DNA of 60,407 nt, filler included, from Stramenopiles sp. TOSAG23-3 (Eukaryota), in NCBI GenBank assembly GCA_900128585.1. It is 14 parts of 14 records of this genome, joined end to end, with 100 filler letters (N's around TTAATTAATTAA, not from the genome) between each part and the next. Parts side by side here need not be neighbours in the genome. Positions count along the whole stretch, not along the records: positions 30,343 to 34,563 come from LT643904.1; positions 34,664 to 38,878 come from LT643905.1; positions 38,979 to 43,187 come from LT643906.1; positions 43,288 to 47,494 come from LT643907.1; 10 more parts are not named here. The stretch is one strand, 5' to 3'. The translations under genes and the position numbers were made by a program. Shown in pieces: positions 32,945-45,083 of this stretch; within the stretch, counting starts at the first letter, position 1; each line of letters starts with the position of its first letter. The notes below the pieces were generated by a model. The model was not told where the DNA came from. It ran no database searches and was given only the letters and a program-made list of their open reading frames with translations.

Positions 32945-33422
32945 ACTCTGGGGAAAGTCTGTGGTGTTAGATTTTTTACAATATTTAATTCTTACAAACA
33001 AAATGTCTATTCCGCGTACTATTTTCTACTTAGGGGGGGTGTCTTTTGCTTCCGGGGTTTTAAGAGAGGTACTCTGTCTATTCATTTTACTACCATATAC
33101 AAGAATCTTACCAAAGTGTGTGTGAAAGGAACCATAAATTCGTTTTGTAAATATTTTTTAAACTTATAATTAAAACTCTGGCACACTTTGGAAGAGGCGT
33201 GCGATCCAACGACCCCGGTCTCCCCCCATTCCCGGTTCCTTCAACAGTTTTGACCCATGAGCTGGCGTGCAGCGCGGGCATAACGACATAAAAATGCATA
33301 TGCCCACGCACGAAACTGCATATGTGTCGTACGATAGACAGTTTCTTCAACAGCGCATAGGGGGACCGGGGGCAACGCCCGGAAGGCGAAGGCCGTCCCC
33401 GCGGCCATCATAAGCACAACGC

Positions 33423-33839
33423 TTAGGACAAGTAGGTGCACAATCCAACGCCACTGATCGGGGAGCAGGTCATGTGCTCGTCGTGGGAGCATTGCGTGCC
33501 GCCGCCTCCTGGGGTGCATAGAAGGGCGCAGTACTTGTCGCCAGACTGGTCTTGCAAGACGCATTGTGGCTTGGCAACGGTGCCCGCGCAAGTGTCCGTT
33601 GGGCATCCACCGGTTGGCAGACATTTTGGTGCGCAGAAGGCACCTGGAACACCGGAGACAGTTACGTTAACTTCACCCGATTGGCAGGCGGGCGTTTTGT
33701 ATGGGTCTTCGTATTCGCAAGTGGCGAGTGGCTTGTTGATAGCGGCACCTTTGAACGCTGGCAACAAGTCCAATTTAAGGGCTGGGGTGGCCATTGCTGA
33801 AACAGCAACCAAGGCAAGTCCGGCGAGGGTAAGCTTCAT
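33423..33839 (-). CDS. Small secreted Cys-rich protein (138 aa)
   Basis: Signal peptide and YEDP...C...GAFCAPKC...CPTD...PQCVLQD...YCALLC pattern seen in protist secreted proteins. Confidence 0.85.
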   Translation of the reverse strand: MKLTLAGLALVAVSAMATPALKLDLLPAFKGAAINKPLATCEYEDPYKTPACQSGEVNVTVSGVPGAFCAPKCLPTGGCPTDTCAGTVAKPQCVLQDQSGDKYCALLCTPGGGGTQCSHDEHMTCSPISGVGLCTYLS

Positions 33840-34515
33840 GTTTGTAGTAGTTGTTTGTTTGTTGTTTGGTAAAAGAATTAATGAATAATTTGTTGTTGTT
33901 ATCTTTTGTAACTCTCTCTGACATGTGCACGTGAAATTAAATGTACAACCATTGCTTCAAGTGCATCTCTCTCTCTCACTCACTATCAGACGCAACACCC
34001 AATCCAAATCCACTTTTCCCTTTCAAAGAATGATGAAACCTCCTCTTTCTCTTCTTTTTCTTTCTTCTTCTATCTTCTTCTTGTTGTTGTTGAAAAAAAA
34101 GAATAAAGTTAATTGTTGTGTTTTAATGCTATGTTTATATTAATTGAAGACCTAAATTAAAGATTATTTATACTTCTTCTATTTAGATTATATTTTATAC
34201 TTTTTATTATTAATAAGACTTTGTTGTTTGTCAGGCTTCCCTTTGAAACGTTTGCTTCCTTGTGTTTATGTAAATGTGATTTTTATTAAAATGTACAAGA
34301 ACAAAACCTTCTTCTTTCTTCTATTTCTCTATGCTGTGTTTATATGTATTATTGTATCTATTACGGAAAGAAAGAAAGATATCTTTAAAAAAATAATCTT
34401 TTTGAGGTTGGTTATAATAACGTTATAGCATCGAACAATCCTTCTTAAAAAGTAAAGTTCAGTGTGAGGTTGAGAATCTCTTTCTTCTTTCTTTCGACTC
34501 TTTCTTTCTTTCGAC

Positions 34516-34563
<48 letters not shown>

Positions 34564-34663
34564 NNNNNNNNNNNNNNNNNNNNNNNNNNNNNNNNNNNNN
34601 NNNNNNNTTAATTAATTAANNNNNNNNNNNNNNNNNNNNNNNNNNNNNNNNNNNNNNNNNNNN

Positions 34664-36376
34664 CCCCCCGGTCGCGGCCCACCAGGAAGAGGCCCACCAG
34701 GCCGAGGCCCCCCACGAGGGAGAGGACCCCCCGGGCGCGGCCCACCGGGGAGAGGCCCACCAGGTCGGGGGCCACCACGAGGAAGAGGACCCCCCGGGCG
34801 CGGCCCACCGGGCCGAGGCCCCCCAGGACGTGGCCCCCCCGGCCCGCCCCGTGGCCGTGGCCCCCCCGGCCCACCCGGGAAGGGAGGCCCGCGCGGGCGA
34901 GGCCCCCCACCCCCGCCGGGGAAAAGGGGCCCGCCGGGCCCCCCAGGCGGGCGCGGCCCGCCCCCACCGCCCGGAGGAGGCCCGCGCGGGGCCCCAGGGA
35001 TGCGCCCCCCCGGGTCGGCGGCCAAGTTTGGGCGGCTGACGGTAAAGTGCATCGGGGCGGCCAATTTGGCGGCGGCCTCGTTCGTGGGGCAGGCCGACCC
35101 GTACTGCATGCTCCGCATCGGGGCCCAGGAGCACCAGACCAAGGTCGCCCAGGGCGGGGGGAAGAAGCCGGCCTGGGGCGACACGTTCGACTTCGACATC
35201 TCGAACGAGAAGGAGATGGCGATCCAGGTCATGGACAAGGAGGCGATGGGAAAGGACAAGCTGATCGGGCAGACGACCGTGTCGATCATGCAGTGGATCG
35301 CGAAGGGGACGTTCGACGGGGAGCTGGAGATCCAGGACACCCAAGGGAAGCCGGCGGGGAACGTGTCCCTGTCCATAAAGTTCACCAAGCCCGGGGCCGG
35401 CCTGGGGGCCCCGCCCCCGCCCCCCGGCGCCCCGGGCCCGCCCATGAAGGGGGGGATGGGAAAGGGGGGAGGCGGCGCGCCGGGCGCCCCGCCCGCGTAC
35501 GAGGCGCCGAGGGACCCGAACGGAAAGTTCACCGACCAGGAGATCAAGGAGGCCTTCGACGCGTTCGACCTGGACCACAACCATTTCGTCGGCGCGGCCG
35601 AGCTCCGGCACGTCCTGATCAACATTGGCGAGCAGGTCACGGACGAGGAGGTGGACGAGATGATTCGGATGTGCGACAAGGACGGGGATGGGCAGGTTAG
35701 TTTTGAAGAGTTTTACGAGATGGTCACGGGGGGAAAGAAGCCCCCGCTGTCGCTGCTCGGGACCCCGCTGGCCGGGGACGACATGGGCGGGCCGAAGGGC
35801 GTCGGCGGCCCCCGCGGCGGCGCCCCCGGGGTCTCCCCCGTCATCGCCGCCCGGAACGAGCGGAAGAATGCCTTGGACGAGTTTGCCGACACCAACTCCA
35901 TCAAGCCGGAGACCATCAAGAAGGCCTTCAAACGGTTCCAAGCGATCGACAAGGACCACAGCGGCATGATAGATTACACGGAGTTCTGCGAGATCATGCA
36001 GGTCGACCCGTCCCCGCAGTGCGAGAAGCTCTTTCAGCTCTTCGACAAGGACAAGGCCGGGCAGATCGACGTCAGGGAGTTCATGATCGGGCTGTCCAAC
36101 TTTACGGGCGCCGGAAAGGAGGAGAAGCTCAAGTTCGCGTTCATGGTCTTCGACGAGGACGGGAACGGGGTCATCACCAAGCAAGAGCTGATCAAGATCC
36201 TCAAGGCGAACCACATGGCGTCCAGCGACAAGGAGGTCATGCGGAAGGCGGAGACGATCATGGCCCAGGCCGACAAGGACGGGGACGGCGTCGTGTCCTT
36301 CGACGAGTTCGTCATTGTGTCCAAGAAGTTCCCCAACATTTTGTTTCCCGCGTACAGCCTCGGGAAGAAGAGTTGA
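34664..36376 (+). CDS. C2-domain plus multi-EF-hand (calmodulin / calcineurin-B-like) protein with N-terminal PGRG repeats (5' truncated)
   Basis: C2 (GQADPYC...PAWGDTF...DKLIG); EF loops [58 protein letters not shown]. Frame open from the contig start as [11 protein letters not shown]. Confidence 0.92.
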   Translation, partial: PPGRGPPGRGPPGRGPPRGRGPPGRGPPGRGPPGRGPPRGRGPPGRGPPGRGPPGRGPPGPPRGRGPPGPPGKGGPRGRGPPPPPGKRGPPGPPGGRGPPPPPGGGPRGAPGMRPPGSAAKFGRLTVKCIGAANLAAASFVGQADPYCMLRIGAQEHQTKVAQGGGKKPAWGDTFDFDISNEKEMAIQVMDKEAMGKDKLIGQTTVSIMQWIAKGTFDGELEIQDTQGKPAGNVSLSIKFTKPGAGLGAPPPPPGAPGPPMKGGMGKGGGGAPGAPPAYEAPRDPNGKFTDQEIKEAFDAFDLDHNHFVGAAELRHVLINIGEQVTDEEVDEMIRMCDKDGDGQVSFEEFYEMVTGGKKPPLSLLGTPLAGDDMGGPKGVGGPRGGAPGVSPVIAARNERKNALDEFADTNSIKPETIKKAFKRFQAIDKDHSGMIDYTEFCEIMQVDPSPQCEKLFQLFDKDKAGQIDVREFMIGLSNFTGAGKEEKLKFAFMVFDEDGNGVITKQELIKILKANHMASSDKEVMRKAETIMAQADKDGDGVVSFDEFVIVSKKFPNILFPAYSLGKKS

Positions 36377-36475
36377 GGGAGGGTCTGAAGGCTCATTTTA
36401 AAGAGTGCTTTATTAAGCTGAAAGTTTTAAAACGTTTATTTTTAACTGCCTCACACGAGAGTGTAAAAAACAGGT

Positions 36476-38568
36476 TCACTTCTTTTTTGTGCTCGCCTCC
36501 CCCCCTCCGTGGGAATCGTATGTCTCGGTACCGCCTTCCTCAGAATACTCTCGGCTCCACCCCTCGCCACGGGACGCGGCAGGCGCGGCTTCCCAGTTTT
36601 CGTCCAACAGGGTGTTCATTGCGCCGATCGCCATCGGGTCTTCCTCCACTGCCACCAGGGAAGCATTGACGACCCTGCCCTTCCGCTTCCGCCTTCGCGT
36701 CGGAGAGTACGAGCGGTACTTTTTCCGCCTCCCTCGCCGCCTGCTACTGTCCCGACTCTTGCTCCGACTCTTGCTCCGACTCTTGCTCCTGCGAGACGGG
36801 GACACGGACCGAGTACCTTTTCTCCCCCTCTTCTTCTTCTTTTTTCTCTTCTTCTTCTTCTTCTTCTTTTTCTTCTTCTTCTTGCCGCTCTCCTCATCGT
36901 CTTCCGAAGAGGACGAATCGCCGGGTTGCTTGGCGGTCAAATCTGGAACAAGAAACATCTTCATTGCTAGTGCCATCCTCCCTTCATTCGACTCGGCAAG
37001 CCGTTCGGTTTGTTTCAACATTTGCTGTGCGGAATAAAAAGCTGTTAGCGGTGCGTGGCAGAGTGTGCTGTACCAACGCGCGAATTAGGAAAACTTACCT
37101 CTCTCTTTCTGCGGCGTTGCCGTTTTGTCAACGGTCGAGTGATAATGTCGACGCCTCTTAGCTTCTTGTCCAACCGGGAAAAGTTCTCGGGCAGTTCTAC
37201 CTGAAAGTCTTCGTGGACCTTTTTGAAATACTCTAGTTCCGCCCCCTCGTGCTTTAGGAGCATTTTTTTCAGGTAAAACAAGTCCGCCCGTTCCGGCATG
37301 TCAGCCTTCTCCTTGAAGAAAATCGCAAATTCAAGCTCCCAATCTATGTCTTCTAATCGCAGCTCTTCCACCGTTTCCTCCGCCAGGGGCTTCAAGCACT
37401 CCCGCAGGGCCGTTCCGTTCATGCTGACGTTCGCCAAAAACCCAAGGCTTTCTTGGATTTTCTTATCCTTTCGAAGGGCGTGGGAGAGAATGAGCGGTGC
37501 GGGGAAGCCCAATATGCGCTCCACGCCCGCAAAGCTAGGAACCGGCGCCCCGTCCTCGAGTTTCATCGAGACGTGGCACCCTATGCCAATAAGGGCTTCG
37601 ACGGCCGCACGGTTGCCGGTGGCAACGGCCAACGCGACCGCGTCCAGGCCGGACAGCGTCCGGGAATGGAGGTTTATTCCGTCCCACGAGCCCAGCACAG
37701 GGATGGCGTCGCAGTTGTGAATCGCGGCAAGGTGAAGTGTGGTGTACCCCGCGAACCTTGTTCGGTGCAGGCTGGGGTCAGCGCCACAGTCCAGGAGGGT
37801 GCGGACGGTGTCCAAGTTGGACGTGGCAACGCCCTTGCCTGCGACGACAGCGTACATTAGGGCCGTCATCCCGTCCGGGCCGCAGGGAGCGTCCACCGAT
37901 GCCCCGTACCCAACCAGTACCCTGCACACTTCCTCGTGCCCGTTTTGGCCCGCCAATGCAAGCGCGTGCATGCCAAACGAATCTTTCCGGTCCAAGTACG
38001 CCGAACCAATGTACTTTTCTTCAAACACGTCGAACAGCGTTCTGATGACGGCAATGTTTCCCGACGCGGCGGCGCGAAGCAGGCACGTGCGCCCGTTCTC
38101 ATCTTTTGCCTCTGAATTTGCACGCGGTTCGTGGGTGAGAAGCACCCGAAGGGTCTCTGGCGTTGCTACATGCACCGCGCAAGCGCCGTACTTGTCTCGG
38201 GCCTCCAAGTCGACGTGCGGCAAGGCCAGAAGGAGCGCCACGATATCGATGTGCCCAAATTCGCAGGCATAATGCAGGGCCGTTCGATGGTTAATTCTAT
38301 CGACTGCGTTCACGTCCGACCGGTAATCCAAAACGTCCCTGTGGGCGTACTCTTCCGCATCATCCTCTTCATCGTCCAAATACAACTCTAAATAGTACTT
38401 GCCCTTTGAAATAAACCATTCGCAAGCCGACACATCCCCCACCGCCGCCGCAGTTCTCAGCGTGTACGGATCAAACGACGCGATGGGATTATCGTCGTCG
38501 CCATTACCTTCGCCGCCGCCTGGTGGAACAGGAACACTTAATGGACGGTTGCATTCCTTTCCTTCCAT
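36476..38568 (-). CDS. Ankyrin-repeat protein with Lys/RS-rich C-terminus; exons 38568-37099 and 37024-36476
   Basis: TALHYAC, TCLLRAA, TALMYAV and TTLHLAA ankyrin motifs. A 74-nt phase-0 intron (GTAAGT..GCTAAC..CAG, 37098-37025) joins the two ORFs in frame. Confidence 0.88.
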
Positions 38569-38978
38569 TTGAAATATACCACCCAACGAAGAAGAAGACG
38601 AAATTGGTCTACAATTTATCCTTACTTTTTTGCGTCTGTGTGTGTTTATTTATTTGTATAAGAGACATTCGCATTTTATATACATATTGTTTCTTCAACT
38701 CTAACGAATATTATGAAAACTCTGATTTTAGACTATGATGATAAAAGAGAAAAAAAAAGAAGAAAAAAAAAAAGAAGAAGAGAAGAAGAGAAGAAGAAAG
38801 AAAGAAATCTAAATAATTTAAAGTATGGTTTTGTTATATTCTTAAAAAACGATCCCTATATAGTATAATAACGAAGAANNNNNNNNNNNNNNNNNNNNNN
38901 NNNNNNNNNNNNNNNNNNNNNNTTAATTAATTAANNNNNNNNNNNNNNNNNNNNNNNNNNNNNNNNNNNNNNNNNNNN

Positions 38979-39362
38979 AAACACGCGCCACCAATTCATT
39001 GGCGAATGGGCACTGTCGAGGTTCTCAAGTTCATTAAAATAATACAATGCTTTGTCCGTCATATTTAATTTCACAAATTTATTTGCCAAATTAAAAAGCA
39101 CTTTCCAACAATCATGCATATCTCTGCGAAAAGTATAATCCCTTCTAGAAGAATCGTATCGCATGGCTTGTTTGTATGACTCTATAAAATTCAAAGAATG
39201 GCTTTCCATGTTCGTCCTGGAATTAGTAGCAGACGCTTCCTTAATTTGTAGCAACTCATTTAAAGCCTTTTTCCTGAATTCCTCCCCCGGATCATGCCCA
39301 TGGACGATACTAAGAGAGAGTATTCCAAGGAGAACAAAAACGTACAAATTGCCAGAGACCAT
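38979..39362 (-). CDS. Secreted/membrane hypothetical protein, possibly TPR-like (3' truncated)
   Basis: Signal-peptide-like N-terminus. Frame open to the contig edge. Confidence 0.6.
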
Positions 39363-40068
39363 GCATGCAAATTTTGGCTTGCTCCGTGCGCCTTCTTCAG
39401 AAAAATATCATAGGTGTTCAAAATCACTTTCGGAAAAACTGGCGAATCAAAACAAGAAAGACAGGAACATGAACGCTTCGGTTTTTATTTTTGCCAAAAA
39501 TTGTTCAATTTCGAACGTAAACTATTAGATACATAATTATTTTAGAAAAAATTATTGAGAAATATATGTAGAACTCTTTTGCAGGATATATAATATAATT
39601 AAATTGTCGCGTCTTCTTTTTTTGTTTTTTTTTTTGTAGTTTTAGTACTACATTAAATCGAATAGCTATATCCACTATAGTTCCAATAGTCTAAAGTGTA
39701 TTTGTCAAAGTCCGTTCCACTAATTTTAATTATAAAATTAAATATCTACGAGGAGACGAAGATTTAAAAAAGGGCGACTCGATCAACATATATTTATTTT
39801 AAAAGGGGGGAAGCCCTATAGAATAACCCTATAAAAAATAATAATAATATGCCATTACATGTGCTATGTGCTGATGGTAATAAGTGAATAATCTGCATCA
39901 TCAAAATTGTTTTTCACATGTACTTGGTACTTGGTCTCCAAATCAGTTCAGGGGCAGAAATATTTTATCTTTTAAAGAGATTTTGATTAATGAATTAATG
40001 GATAATAAATGCAGCTGCATTTTTGATTGGTAGACTAAGAAGTATTGAACAATTTTGTTTTGTACAAT

Positions 40069-43000
40069 ATGGTTCGAATAATCGAAATGGGAGTATGTTT
40101 TGCAGCAGTGCTGCTGCTTTCATCAGCGGTGTCGTTGGCTTCTGGTGCAGAACAGAAACTCCAACAAAACTCGCCGCCAACGCGCTTATTGGAGCTGTTG
40201 CAGGAGACAGATACGAAAAGTGAAATTCGTTTGATGGAAAAAATGAACAGTTATTACAACGGAGAGGCACCTGTTGAATTTCAACGCGGTTCTTCTCATG
40301 CGTTCTTGAAGAAGTACAAACAGTTCGACGATTACGTTAATTTATTGGAGGAAGGAGGGCACGCGAAGCTAAAAGCGTTGGTAAAAGGAGACAAGCACAA
40401 GGAAGTTGTCTTGCGTGAAAGTGTGTCGAACGTAGAGAAAATCACAGAGCTCGTAAATGCAGTAGCGTTTGAAATCGGAAGTTCCACGTTTGTCCATGTT
40501 GAAGCCGGTCTTTCGTTGATTGGTTTGGGAGGCGGTGTTGGCGTTGGTTTCAGCATTGAAATAGCTGTAATTCCAAAACTATTAGCCGTTGTTGAGAATT
40601 TTTTGAGCCAATATTACAACATCGGGCAAGATGACCAGTCCGTTTTGGAATTCATGCGTAAATTGCAACATCATCTACACAAGAAACGAAATTGCAAAGA
40701 TGTTCTGAAAGACCTACTGGCCACTCGTTTTTCGTTCTCTGTTGGGATTGATATATCGATCAGTCGTGGTCTCGTCTCTCTCGGAGCTTTAACGGTGCTT
40801 CCGAAGACTGGCGCAGGGTTCGGTGTACCCGGTCGTCTTTTCTTCTCTGCCTCCACGTGTTTAGCTGAGCTTGGTATAAGTGGGATGAATTACATCGGTG
40901 ACCACAACCCATCATATAGCAAATACACAGACAAGGGCGCTAACCTTTTTAAAGGGTTAAAGGGAGGTATTAAGTCTGCAGGCACAGCGTTGTCGAAAGC
41001 GTTTTACAATGACCTCGTTGATTTTAATTTAGGCTATTCTTTTGCCCTGGGTAAAGGATTTCATGGAGTAGGATTTGGTTTATCACTATCGTGCTCACAG
41101 AAAAAGGGGGCAAAGCGCAGTGAGGGCGTTATGGCTGACTGTTACTCTGTATCAAAAAAATTGCTGAAAAAATTTGCAAAGTCGGCTGGCGTCAGTGAAA
41201 GGGTCGGAGATGGGAGACGTCGCTTACTTGCCACCGTCCAGAAGAAAAAAGAAAAACATGTTGACCTAGGCAAAGCTATATTAGCCCGCGTAAATGCAAA
41301 ATATAAAGAGCTAAGCCATCAAATTGAGACGACCAGTGACCCAGCGCTGCTGGAAATACTCTTACAGAAAAGGGCGGAAAATAAAGTTATTTTTCTTTCC
41401 ACAGCTGCTATTGTTGGCATCGTACTGGGATCCACTGGCGTAATAGGCGGTGGCATAGCTGGAGGTATCGCCATTGCGCATACCGCAAAAGCAAACACAG
41501 GCATGAATGGGAAACCATTGTTCAAAGGGGCTGAAAACATCGCAGAGACTGCCCTTTCACCCTTCGCGAAAGAGTATGATACCTGCCGGGGCGGGCTAGC
41601 CCTTACCTATGATTTCATGGATGTTGCTATTAACATCCAATACAGCAAAGGGCCCATTCGTAGTTGCATTCAATCCATTTGTAAGTCCGTGTTAACAAAT
41701 GTCGGGTATACCGACAACGAAGCGATATCAAAATGCACGTTGCAAAAAACAAAATTAAACAGTGAAAATCCGTTATTAGCGACTCCAAAACAGTTAGCCA
41801 AAGAAGACTCTCAGCGTACTGCGCAGCGCTCTACTGTCTATCGATGGAGGATTCAGGGCGAACAACCAGAGGATGTCGAGGATGTCGGCACTTGGTACGG
41901 GTCCAGGCCCTGGTCGGGGGAAATCAGCCATCCTTGGAACGAGTGGACTAAACCGTTTACAGTAATTGATATAGAAGGTAAACGGACCCACAGCATGTGC
42001 ATCCAAACACGAATGCCAGCATTTCACGATATTTATATACATTTGAAACCAGACAATGATATTATTTGCAAGGTACGAGCGAAATACGTAAATGATATGA
42101 TCGAAGACGAGAGCCCCTCTGCTGATGATCATTATGGGAAGCTGGATTTTACATGGGTACGCAAAGGCGCTTATAAAGACGACTATCGCAAGGAAAGAGA
42201 GTACTGGATCGAACGCAAGCTCGGAAATGGTTGGCATGGTGGCGTGAGAAAAGATGCATGTGGCAAAGCGGAGAATTATATGCTTTGTTTCACAAATTGC
42301 AACGGCTATACAAATGGCCACTTCAAAGTCAAATTTACAAAAAAAGTTTCGCGTGCATGCACGTTTGGAAAACTAGCCAAATATGTACAAGTCGGAGAAG
42401 AGGTGAAATTAACCAACAAGTGGGATTCGTCTTCTTTGCGGAAGGCGTTAATTCTTAATTTAGACGAACGGGCTCCCAATCTTAAAGATGAACATTTCTT
42501 CGAAGTTGTACGGAAACCAGGTGCCGGTAAAGACAAAACCTGTTGTTCTAATTATTGCGACGGTGAATTTTGTACCGAGCATGAAAATGTTAAACCACGA
42601 AGTGGCGGCAAATGTCTGAAGACGAGAGAGGAATACCGCAACGAATTTGAAGCAGCGAAGTATAAAAAGACGCGGTGCTACCAGTTTTTGGAGAAAAAAT
42701 GGCGAGGGATGGCCATGTTAGTAGCAAATTCAAAAAAGTCAAAACTGGTTAATGCTGTACAAATGGCGAGAGCAAAGAGTCAATTAAAGAAGCTCAGCTT
42801 CTATAAAATGCGAGATGAAGATGGAAATCCTGTACAAATAAAGTGCGGCAAGGAAGCTATTAAAAAAATGGATGAAGAAATCAAAACGCTGAGCAGAAAA
42901 GTCCGGGATAATTCAAATTTCGGTTGTGGGAAAAAAGGAACCGGGGATGGTTGGAAATCGTATAATCCAGATGAAGATGAGGACGGAACCACAAATAAGT

Positions 43001-43187
43001 ACGAATTAGCACTATTGGGGAACAAACAACGCGGGCGTCTGGGTGTGTGCATTGGTGCGCCTAAAGGTACCCCGAAGGACTTGCACGGCCTAACCATTGA
43101 AGATGTTTGTAACTGTGAACAATGTGGATGGAAGTTGATGACTATTTTTGCGAAAAAAGAGGAATTTGAGCGCATCCGTCTGGACAA
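40069..43187 (+). CDS. Large secreted/membrane hypothetical protein (>1000 aa, 3' truncated)
   Basis: Signal peptide, Gly-rich beta segments, a GRRRLL motif, a central Gly-rich hydrophobic helix, and a Cys/Lys-rich C-terminal half. Confidence 0.8.
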
Positions 43188-43303
43188 NNNNNNNNNNNNN
43201 NNNNNNNNNNNNNNNNNNNNNNNNNNNNNNNTTAATTAATTAANNNNNNNNNNNNNNNNNNNNNNNNNNNNNNNNNNNNNNNNNNNNGGAAGATTCTTCA
43301 ACG

Positions 43304-43325
43304 ACAGCCAATTTTCTTGGTTTTA
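43304..43325 (-). repeat. Dispersed 3'-associated element, copy 5 (core fragment)
   Basis: Minus strand TAAAACCAAGAAAATTGGCTGT, ~40 nt after the stop at 43366, near the contig edge. Confidence 0.75.
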
Positions 43326-43365
43326 ACAATGAATAAAAACTTAAAATTTCTTCTGTGGGCATTAT

Positions 43366-44916
43366 CTACAGAAGCATCGCCTTTTTGTTCAAACGGTTGT
43401 TTGAGCGACGTTCTCGCCGTTTCCTCTCAATATTTTCCTTGGCTTTTGACTCTGCGTCTTTCCTGGGCAGATCTGGAATTTCAATATCGTGAATGTCAAC
43501 GCCAAACTTCTCCTTCATCATCTGAAAAAGTTCTAGCTCATTCCAGAGGTATTTTTTTGCAACAACGTCAACGTTTGCCGTGTTTGTGATATCCAATCGC
43601 TTAAAATAATGGCAAATTTTGTGCTCCAACTCTACAAGCATCATTTCTGCGTTCAATTCCTCTTCTTTTTTTGCTGAAAAAATATTTTTCAACCCAGACA
43701 GCTTAAGCTTTTCCCCCGTTTTAATCTTCAAACTGTCCCCAATCGGAGAGTGTAGGGTTTTCTCGCCCTCGCCTCGTTTCGATTTTTTCTTTTTCTTCTT
43801 TTTCCTCTTCTTTCGGCGAACTTTTCCCAAGTCGGGCGCATCGTTACGCTGGGCCAACGAGTGGGCTACCTCTTTTCCATCACTGCCAAAGCACTTAACA
43901 GTGGGTCCTGGCGGGTTGCCACTCATACATCGGTATTCTATTGAAGAGGACGGCGCATACGCACTGTCACCGGGTACACCGTACAGGTTAACTTCCGACC
44001 CATCGGGTTTTCTCATCTGAAATACCCAGCCGAACCTCGTTCGCATGTATATCCTTTTTAACTGCACAGTTCTGGACGAGTTCGTGTAAACCGGCGCGTG
44101 GAGTTCATATTTATGGAACGTATAAGTGTCGTCGTTGCACTCTGGCGATCCCGAGCCATTTGCACAGTACGTTAGCAATTGTTCTGGGGGGAGCTTCGTT
44201 TTGCCAGGGTTCGGGGTCTGCAAAGGTTCATCTTGGTCTTGGCTCCCCGATTCTTGCCGACCCTGATTGTTGTCTGCATCATCGCCATCAATCGTCATGT
44301 GCGAGAGCGACACTGGGAGCATGAATGGAGAAATCTTCTGGTCTATTCGTTGGGCATCTAACTGCCTTGATTGCATGGCTTTCTTATGACTTTCTAATTC
44401 ATCTTGTGGGGTAGCAGTCTTTGTTCTTAGCCCCACGCTCGGGACTGTGAACCCCGTTGTCGCAAGTATGTCCTCTCTCTTCATACTATCACCAACATCG
44501 TCTGACAGGTCTAAACAATAGTTTTGCGACATGTTGTACAGGCCGATCGCGTTACTGTCGTCTTCGCCCCCATTGTCTTCTGAACTCACGTACTTGCGTA
44601 TCGCCTGGCTCAGGACGAAGGAATTAGGCATCATTTTGTCGACGGGGAAAAAAAATACGCGCGACTTAACAATGACGAAGCAGTAGTGCACGCTATTGTC
44701 CGGTTTTGTCTCAAGCTTAACTTTCCGTTCCTCCAAGACCGGAATAATGCTTTTGCATACGTCTGAGATGAATTCTATTTGGTACCCCTGCATCCTCAAC
44801 AACAAATTTAAAAAGTTTCGGTACCGGTAGGATACCCCACCGCTTCCAAAATAATTCTTCAGTGTTGGGAACTCCATGCCCAGGTTTCGAAAGATTTCGT
44901 TCTTCGATGCAGCCAT
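43366..44916 (-). CDS. Hypothetical protein with Lys-rich segment and small C-terminal helical domain
   Basis: Uninterrupted 516-aa ORF with ATG start. C-terminal YFKRLD...NVDVVAKKYLWNELELFQMMKEKFG. Confidence 0.75.
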   Translation of the reverse strand: MAASKNEIFRNLGMEFPTLKNYFGSGGVSYRYRNFLNLLLRMQGYQIEFISDVCKSIIPVLEERKVKLETKPDNSVHYCFVIVKSRVFFFPVDKMMPNSFVLSQAIRKYVSSEDNGGEDDSNAIGLYNMSQNYCLDLSDDVGDSMKREDILATTGFTVPSVGLRTKTATPQDELESHKKAMQSRQLDAQRIDQKISPFMLPVSLSHMTIDGDDADNNQGRQESGSQDQDEPLQTPNPGKTKLPPEQLLTYCANGSGSPECNDDTYTFHKYELHAPVYTNSSRTVQLKRIYMRTRFGWVFQMRKPDGSEVNLYGVPGDSAYAPSSSIEYRCMSGNPPGPTVKCFGSDGKEVAHSLAQRNDAPDLGKVRRKKRKKKKKKKSKRGEGEKTLHSPIGDSLKIKTGEKLKLSGLKNIFSAKKEEELNAEMMLVELEHKICHYFKRLDITNTANVDVVAKKYLWNELELFQMMKEKFGVDIHDIEIPDLPRKDAESKAKENIERKRRERRSNNRLNKKAMLL

Positions 44917-45002
44917 GGCAACGGGAACCGGAAGGCAATTAATATGTGTTACCGATTATAGAAAAATTACTAAGAAGCCAATTCAAGGATAATTTTTTCT
45001 TC

Positions 45003-45083
45003 AGCAAAGATAAGTTCGAAATTTAGAGTTCAGTTCGCAGTACATAAATTTTAATTACTAAAATAACAGCCAATTTTCCTGTT
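45003..45083 (-). repeat. Dispersed element, copy 6 (type A; exception lying in a divergent intergenic region)
   Basis: Minus strand AACAGGAAAATTGGCTGTTATTTTAGTAATTAAAATTTATGTACTGCGAACTGAACTCTAAATTTCGAACTTATCTTTGCT, colinear with copy 1. Confidence 0.9.

Noticed and set aside
34612-36214. Long antisense ORFs (355 and 532 aa)
   Set aside because: Shadows of the very GC3-rich C2/EF-hand gene on the opposite strand.
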